Of a stretch of DNA of 64,000 nucleotides, positions 58,485-64,000 are shown in pieces. The stretch comes from an uncultured Dehalococcoidia bacterium (GTDB taxonomy: Bacteria; Chloroflexota; Dehalococcoidia; Lucifugimonadales; UBA3495): the NCBI GenBank assembly GCA_950072105.1, contig CATMOE010000002.1, positions 1 through 64,000 of the forward strand. The letters are read 5' to 3'. A program made the position numbers and the translations under genes. A model generated the notes under the pieces. That model saw only the letters and a program-made list of their open reading frames with translations. It made no database searches and was not told where the DNA came from. Positions within the stretch are counted from its first letter, which is position 1. Each line of letters begins with the position of its first letter.

Positions 58485-60326
58485 ATGGCAACCATTACAG
58501 GAGTCCTTGCGCGGCCTACCGGTTACGCCGGAATATGGGGTTGGATCACCACCGTTGACCACAAGCGCATCGGGGTGCTTTACGGTGTAACCGCTTTCAT
58601 CATGCTTTTGATCGCCGGCTCCGAGGCCGGCATCATGCGCGCCCAACTGGCCCAGCCTGACAACACCTTGGTAGGGCCGGAAACCTTCAACCGGCTGTTC
58701 ACCATGCACGCCACCGCCATGGTGTTCATGGTAATCATGCCCTTGAGCGCTAGTTTCTTCAATTTTGTCGTGCCCCTGGCCATCGGCGCCCGAGACGTAG
58801 CGTTCCCACGGCTAAACGCTTTCAGTTATTGGGTCTTCCTTTTCGGCACCCTCCTGATGCACGTCAGTTTCCTGGTAGGCCAGGTCCCTAACGCCGGTTG
58901 GTTCTCCTACGCCAACCTGACCGGCACTTCCTACAGCCCCAACGCCGGCCTGGATTTCTGGGCCCTGGGTTTGCTGATATTGGGAATATCTTCGGTGGCT
59001 GCCGCCCTGAACTTCCTGGTGACCATCGTCAACATGCGGTGCCCGGGCATGACCATGATGCGAATGCCCGTTTTCATTTGGATGACCCTGATCACCTCAA
59101 TCCTGCTGGTGCTGGCCTTCCCGGTCATTACCGTGGGATTGGTCGAACTGGTGATGGACCGGAACTTCGGGACTCACTTCTTCGACACCGCCGGTGGTGG
59201 GGACCCCATCTTGTGGCAGCACCTGTTTTGGGTGTTCGGCCATCCGGAAGTTTACATCCTGATTCTGCCTCCTATGGGAGTGGTTTCAGAGATTCTGCCC
59301 ACCTTCTCCAGGAAGCCTCTGTTTGGCTATCCCGTCGTGGTATTCTCCGGCATCGTCATCGGATTCATGAGCTGGGCGGTGTGGAGTCACCACATGTTCA
59401 CCACGGGCATGGGTCCCACGGCTCTAACGGTGTTTACCATCACCACCATGCTGATCGCTGTCCCCACCGGGGTGAAGATATTCAACTGGATCGGCACACT
59501 TTGGGGAGGATCGGTCGATCTAAAAACCCCCATGTTGTTCGCCCTCGGTTTTATCTCTTTGTTCATAATCGGCGGTTTGAGCGGCGTATCCCACGCGGTC
59601 GCGCCATCAGATTTCCAGCAGCAAGACACCTATTACATCGTGGCCCACATTCACTACGTGCTGTTTGGGGGCTCTATATTCGGGATATTAGCGGGAATTT
59701 ACTACTGGTTCCCTAAGTTGACCGGCCGCATGCTGGGAGAGGGCTTGGGTAAATGGAACTTCTGGGTCACTTTCGTCGGCATGAATCTTACATTTTTCCC
59801 AATGCACTTCGTCGGATTGAATGGTATGCCCCGGCGAATCTACACCTACGGTGAAGAATTCGGTTGGGGATTGCTGAACATGCTGTCCTCACTAGGGTAT
59901 GTAGTCCTCTTCATTGGGATGCTGCTCTTCGTCATCAACCTGCTTAATTCCCTGCGCAACGGGCGCGCCGCCGGCCACGATCCCTGGGACGCTCCCACGC
60001 TGGAATGGAGCATCTCTTCACCGCCACCGGTTTATAACTTTGCCGAGATCCCCCGGGTTGAAGGGCGAGACCCCTACTGGACGACCAAGCGGCGGGCCGA
60101 AGCGGAAGGTCAGCCGCTCACCGCAGGCGAAGCGCACGTTGACCCGGATACCATCCATATGCCCAGTCCGTCCTACTGGCCGGTGATCATCGCCGCCGGG
60201 ATAACCCTGATCGCCGCAGGTCTACTAACCCATTACGCAGTTAGCTTCGTGGGCGGAATAATCGCCTTCTTGGGTACGATCGGCTGGAGCAACGAACCGG
60301 CCTCGGCGCCTCAGTCACATCATTAG
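58485..60326 (+). CDS. ctaD: Cytochrome c oxidase subunit I (A1 type)
   Basis: DHKRIG, FGHPEVYI, WSHHMF and VAHIHYV motifs. Confidence 0.97.
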   Translation: MATITGVLARPTGYAGIWGWITTVDHKRIGVLYGVTAFIMLLIAGSEAGIMRAQLAQPDNTLVGPETFNRLFTMHATAMVFMVIMPLSASFFNFVVPLAIGARDVAFPRLNAFSYWVFLFGTLLMHVSFLVGQVPNAGWFSYANLTGTSYSPNAGLDFWALGLLILGISSVAAALNFLVTIVNMRCPGMTMMRMPVFIWMTLITSILLVLAFPVITVGLVELVMDRNFGTHFFDTAGGGDPILWQHLFWVFGHPEVYILILPPMGVVSEILPTFSRKPLFGYPVVVFSGIVIGFMSWAVWSHHMFTTGMGPTALTVFTITTMLIAVPTGVKIFNWIGTLWGGSVDLKTPMLFALGFISLFIIGGLSGVSHAVAPSDFQQQDTYYIVAHIHYVLFGGSIFGILAGIYYWFPKLTGRMLGEGLGKWNFWVTFVGMNLTFFPMHFVGLNGMPRRIYTYGEEFGWGLLNMLSSLGYVVLFIGMLLFVINLLNSLRNGRAAGHDPWDAPTLEWSISSPPPVYNFAEIPRVEGRDPYWTTKRRAEAEGQPLTAGEAHVDPDTIHMPSPSYWPVIIAAGITLIAAGLLTHYAVSFVGGIIAFLGTIGWSNEPASAPQSHH

Positions 60327-60337
60327 GAGAGCTAGAT

Positions 60338-60964
60338 TTGGCCCACGCGGCAGAACACGCGGTTGAAGAGACGACTACCGGTCTAAACCACCGGAAGATG
60401 CTCATGTGGATCTTCCTGGGTTCGGACTGCATGTTCTTCGCCGCTTTGATCGCTACCTACATGGTCTACCGGGGCCAGAGCCTCAACGGCCCTTACCCCA
60501 ACGACATAATCAGTGTCCCCATAACCACGATCAGCACCTTCGTATTGTTGTGCAGCAGCTTTGCCATGGTCCAGGCTTTGTCCGCCACCAATCGGAACGA
60601 CCAAAAATGGATCCGCATCTGGTTGCTGGCCACCGCGTTCTTGGGGGCGATATTCATCGGATTCCAGATCTTTGAGTTCAACTCGTTCAAGAACGAAGGC
60701 CTGACTCTTGGCGCCAACCTATTCGGAGCCACCTTCTTCACCCTAACCGGGTTCCACGGGGCTCACGTAACCATCGGAATCATCTGGTTATTGGGAATGT
60801 TCGTGGTGGCGATGAAAGGCCGCCTCGGCCCGGCCAGCAGCCTAGACGTGGAAATCCTGGGGCTGTATTGGCACTTTGTAGACATAGTGTGGATCATAAT
60901 TTTCACCCTGCTGTACTTGATCGCCGGGTTTGACACCGGGCCTGCGCCCTTAGCCGGGGGTTAG
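60338..60964 (+). CDS. ctaE: Cytochrome c oxidase subunit III
   Basis: FFTLTGFHGAHV and GLYWHFVDIVW motifs. Confidence 0.95.
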   Translation: MAHAAEHAVEETTTGLNHRKMLMWIFLGSDCMFFAALIATYMVYRGQSLNGPYPNDIISVPITTISTFVLLCSSFAMVQALSATNRNDQKWIRIWLLATAFLGAIFIGFQIFEFNSFKNEGLTLGANLFGATFFTLTGFHGAHVTIGIIWLLGMFVVAMKGRLGPASSLDVEILGLYWHFVDIVWIIIFTLLYLIAGFDTGPAPLAGG

Positions 60965-61002
60965 GTCAGCGTTCCCCGCGCAACTCTTCAGGAGATCTGT
61001 CC

Positions 61003-61872
61003 ATGAGCAGTAGCCCACAAACCGAACAGGGCCACCACCCTTCGACCAAGCAGTACGTATTGGTGGCCATTATCCTGTTTGCCATCACTATCGTCGAATT
61101 CTTTATCATCTTCCCCGATAAAGACCTCATCGGCGCCGCTAAGATACCGGTCCTCGTCTTTCTATCGGCGATCAAATTCGCCATCGTAATCATGTTCTAC
61201 ATGCACCTGAAGTTCGACCACAGAATGTTCACCATATTCTTTCTCGCCGGCCTGGCCTTGGCATTCGCGGCGGGGATCGCGGTACTGGCGATGTTCACTG
61301 CTTTGGGGGGCCAGCCCCGGGCTTACGCCCTCGCCAACGCCATCCCCTATGTGGAAGGCGAACACGGTGCAGAGACTGCCAAGCCTACTGCCGTTCCGCT
61401 ACCGACCGCGCCACCCATCGACAGCACTGCCCCAGAATCCACCACTCCGGATGCCGCTCCGACTACCGCGTCCACATCGGAGGAAAAGCCATCGGTAGGA
61501 TCGGGGGCTGCGGTTTCCTTGGAAATAGGAACGAACGGCGACGCGCTTGAGTTCAGCGAGTCCGCACTGTCCGCGGATAGCGGCTCCCAGGTTACGCTGA
61601 CCTTTACCAACGGTTCTTCCGCCATCCAGCATAACTGGGTGATGGTGAAAGCGGGCGCCAGAGACGAGGTAGCCGCGGCTGGAACCGCCGCCGGCCCAGG
61701 GGCAGACTGGATACCCGCCGGAGACGACCGGATAATAGCCGCCACGGGATTGCTGAACGCGGGAGCCTCCGAAGAGGTGACCTTCACCGCGCCCGCGCCG
61801 GGGACCTACGAGTTCGTATGCACCTTCCCCGGACACAACTTCTCCATGTTCGGAGATTTCACAGTCAAGTAA
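61003..61872 (+). CDS. ctaF: Cytochrome c oxidase subunit IV fused to an auracyanin/azurin-like cupredoxin
   Basis: N-terminal three TMs with KFAIVIMFYMHLKFD; P/T/A/S linker; HNWV...YEFVCTFPGHNFSM type-1 Cu motif. Confidence 0.88.
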   Translation: MSSSPQTEQGHHPSTKQYVLVAIILFAITIVEFFIIFPDKDLIGAAKIPVLVFLSAIKFAIVIMFYMHLKFDHRMFTIFFLAGLALAFAAGIAVLAMFTALGGQPRAYALANAIPYVEGEHGAETAKPTAVPLPTAPPIDSTAPESTTPDAAPTTASTSEEKPSVGSGAAVSLEIGTNGDALEFSESALSADSGSQVTLTFTNGSSAIQHNWVMVKAGARDEVAAAGTAAGPGADWIPAGDDRIIAATGLLNAGASEEVTFTAPAPGTYEFVCTFPGHNFSMFGDFTVK

Positions 61873-61949
61873 AAGGAGTTCCACCCGAGATTTATTGGGC
61901 GCCAAGCGCTCCCGGCGGATTCGCAAGGAGCGCTTTTTGCTGCCTTGGG

Positions 61950-62291
61950 TCAGCCAGACGTCAATCCGGTAAATTGCCCATCCTCACCGGTGATCAAGCC
62001 CAGAACCCCCACAACCGCGTCAGTATTGATCGGCCCATAGATATGAGGATAGACCGTCCCCGATCGGGCGGCTTCGTGTTTGATGGGGGAAACCAGGCGA
62101 TCAACGTCCAGTTCCAATACCAGCATATCGTCCCTGCCCTTAAACAGGCGGTTGGCCACCTCTATCGCCTGAGAATGGTCTTTGGAACAGTGGATAAACC
62201 CTTCTGATTCCAGGCTCTCGGCCGCATATTCTTCCAAGCCACCGGCAGCTTCCCAATCGGACACAGGGGCCAAGTGGTAGATCATCGCCAT
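61950..62291 (-). CDS. DUF952 family protein
   Basis: IYH...W, SLESEGFIHCS and YPHIYGPIN motifs. Confidence 0.9.
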   Translation of the reverse strand: MAMIYHLAPVSDWEAAGGLEEYAAESLESEGFIHCSKDHSQAIEVANRLFKGRDDMLVLELDVDRLVSPIKHEAARSGTVYPHIYGPINTDAVVGVLGLITGEDGQFTGLTSG

Positions 62292-62463
62292 ATCATTTCC
62301 GCCTCAGATGTTGTTGACCTTATTAACCGAAATCATTTTACCGGCCTCGGTCCAAGAGAGCCATAGCTACGAGACAAGGGACCACGTCGAATGATAGGAT
62401 GGGGACGGAAAATCCCAGGCGTCCGGCCACCTAAGGCTAACGGGCGGGAATGGAGCGGCAGGA

Positions 62464-63153
62464 ATGCAGGCAGAGCAACACCAAGGAGCCGGACTAAAGT
62501 ACCTAACCATAACCCCGGACGGGTACGACCCCGAATTGCCGTATCCGTTAATGGTCATGCTCCACGGCTTCGGCGCCAACATGCAGGACCTGGCCGGACT
62601 GGCTCCGGTGATCAGCTCCACCGGGTACGTGTACGCCTGCCCCAACGCTCCCATAACCTTCGACCTGGGCGGAGGTCACATGGGCTATGGCTGGACGTCC
62701 CCGAGGGACCTGTACAAAGAAGGGGAGGTTGAAGAGGCCGAGAAGTTGTTAGACGGCTTCTTTAGCGAAGTATTCGAGAGATTCAAAGTTGGACCGGACC
62801 GTACCATCCTCATGGGGTTTTCCCAAGGGGGCCGAATGACCTACCGCTGCGGCTTGGGGCGGCCCGAGCCCTTCGCGGGGCTCGCCGCTTTGAGCGCTTC
62901 CCTCTCCGAGCCCGAGGAGCTAGAAGGCCGGCTTCCCGAGGACCGTAGCCAACCTATCTTCGTCGCCCACGGAACGTCAGACCCCCAGGTGCCGGCGGAG
63001 AGGGCCCACAACGCGATCAAGTGGTTTGAGAAGTTTGGCTTTCAACCCGAGTATCATGAATACAACATGGGCCACTCGATCAGCGATGAGGTGCTTAACG
63101 ACTTGATACTGTGGATGGGTAAGATTTTGCCGCCACAGGAACCCGGCAAATAA
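62464..63153 (+). CDS. Phospholipase/carboxylesterase
   Basis: LHGFGAN, GFSQGG, HGTSDP and MGHSI motifs. Confidence 0.9.
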   Translation: MQAEQHQGAGLKYLTITPDGYDPELPYPLMVMLHGFGANMQDLAGLAPVISSTGYVYACPNAPITFDLGGGHMGYGWTSPRDLYKEGEVEEAEKLLDGFFSEVFERFKVGPDRTILMGFSQGGRMTYRCGLGRPEPFAGLAALSASLSEPEELEGRLPEDRSQPIFVAHGTSDPQVPAERAHNAIKWFEKFGFQPEYHEYNMGHSISDEVLNDLILWMGKILPPQEPGK

Positions 63154-63263
63154 GTCGAACAGGCGGCCGGTTCAAAGCTTACCCACACCACGAGCCCAGC
63201 CATCTCCCGCGGACATCCCTCGCCAGTGGGCATCGCGCCTGTCTTAGTGGGATAATAGACTGG

Positions 63264-64000
63264 ATGACCTTGATTTTCCAACTCAGCCGCCTATTAAGCC
63301 TCCGCACCGTGCCATTCCTTTCCTTGGCCATCGCGCCGGCTATGCTGCTCTTGGCCACGGCGGCCTGTGGTGGTGGCGAACCAGCTGCTTTCCCCTCCCC
63401 TGAAGCCGACTCGACAATAGCGCCCGCTGCTACCCAGACTCCGCTCCCAGTGGCCACCAGCACACCTCAACCACCCCCAACACCAACCACGGCAGCCCTT
63501 TCCGCCGTAAAAAGCTCAATCGTAAGCCTGCCGGGCGACGAGGGCGCCCACCTTACGGCTCTCGAATGGTGGTACTTCAACGGCTTCCTAACCGACGATA
63601 CCGGCGCCGAATACAGCTTCCACTACGTCACCTTCCAGTCGGTGCTGCCCAACGGCCTTACGCCCCGGTTGTTGCAATTGAGCTGGGCTGACCATGGCAA
63701 AAATGTTCACCTAACCGCCGAACGTCCCGCCCTACCTTTGCTTGAAGCAACCCAAGGAGACTTCGCATTCCAGGTCAACGACTGGAGCATGGCCGGAGAC
63801 GGTAAGAAATATTCCATGTCGTTCAACACCGGCGAGTACTCCGCCGTATTGCAGGCCGTTTCTGAAAAACCCGCTGTCCTGCATCAGGGGAAAGGACTGG
63901 TGGAACTGGGCCGCGCCGGAGCGTCCTACTACTATTCGCGAACCCGCCTGAAAATGTCAGGCACCCTGAACATTGGCCACGAGCAAAGGCAGGTCTCCGG
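63264..64000 (+). CDS. AttH/CrtC-like (lipocalin-like) secreted lipoprotein, partial at window end
   Basis: Open frame from ATG 63264, absent from the ORF track because it has no stop in the window; lipobox TAAC, Pro/Thr linker, LPGDEGAH...EWWYFNG and SYYYSR motifs. Confidence 0.8.
   Translation, partial: MTLIFQLSRLLSLRTVPFLSLAIAPAMLLLATAACGGGEPAAFPSPEADSTIAPAATQTPLPVATSTPQPPPTPTTAALSAVKSSIVSLPGDEGAHLTALEWWYFNGFLTDDTGAEYSFHYVTFQSVLPNGLTPRLLQLSWADHGKNVHLTAERPALPLLEATQGDFAFQVNDWSMAGDGKKYSMSFNTGEYSAVLQAVSEKPAVLHQGKGLVELGRAGASYYYSRTRLKMSGTLNIGHEQRQVS

Overview
64 kb of GC-rich bacterial chromosome. Gene content points to Chloroflexota, probably Dehalococcoidia/SAR202-like (inference from several luciferase-like monooxygenase paralogs, SDR/MaoC/CoA-transferase genes, an auracyanin-type cupredoxin and the PIN-TRAM/ispD/ispF/cysS block). 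The window opens with tRNA(CAT), probably Ile2, followed by a compositionally distinct, integrase-free three-gene island: a frameshifted ParB/Srx-domain gene, a PD-(D/E)XK-like hypothetical and an SPPY-type amino-methyltransferase. This is a candidate uncharacterised RM-like defence system. The rest is housekeeping (glpK, lepB, tRNA-Ser, cysS, ispDF, surE, lysA, holB, cmk, plsC), catabolic oxidoreductases, pspA/pspAA, a three-subunit Co-type nitrile hydratase/thiocyanate hydrolase-like cluster, a form II coxSLM-like molybdoenzyme and a caa3-type oxidase cluster whose subunit IV is fused to a blue-copper domain. The best leads are the tRNA island, a candidate selenoprotein (in-frame UGA plus SECIS-like hairpin in an HExxH protein, 6014-6334), the CtaF-cupredoxin fusion, a candidate structured ncRNA at about 3735-3890 and several REP-like repeat families. 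Several genes carry single-base disruptions, so sequencing or assembly error is a real alternative for each recoding claim. All calls come from reading motifs by eye; no database searches were run.
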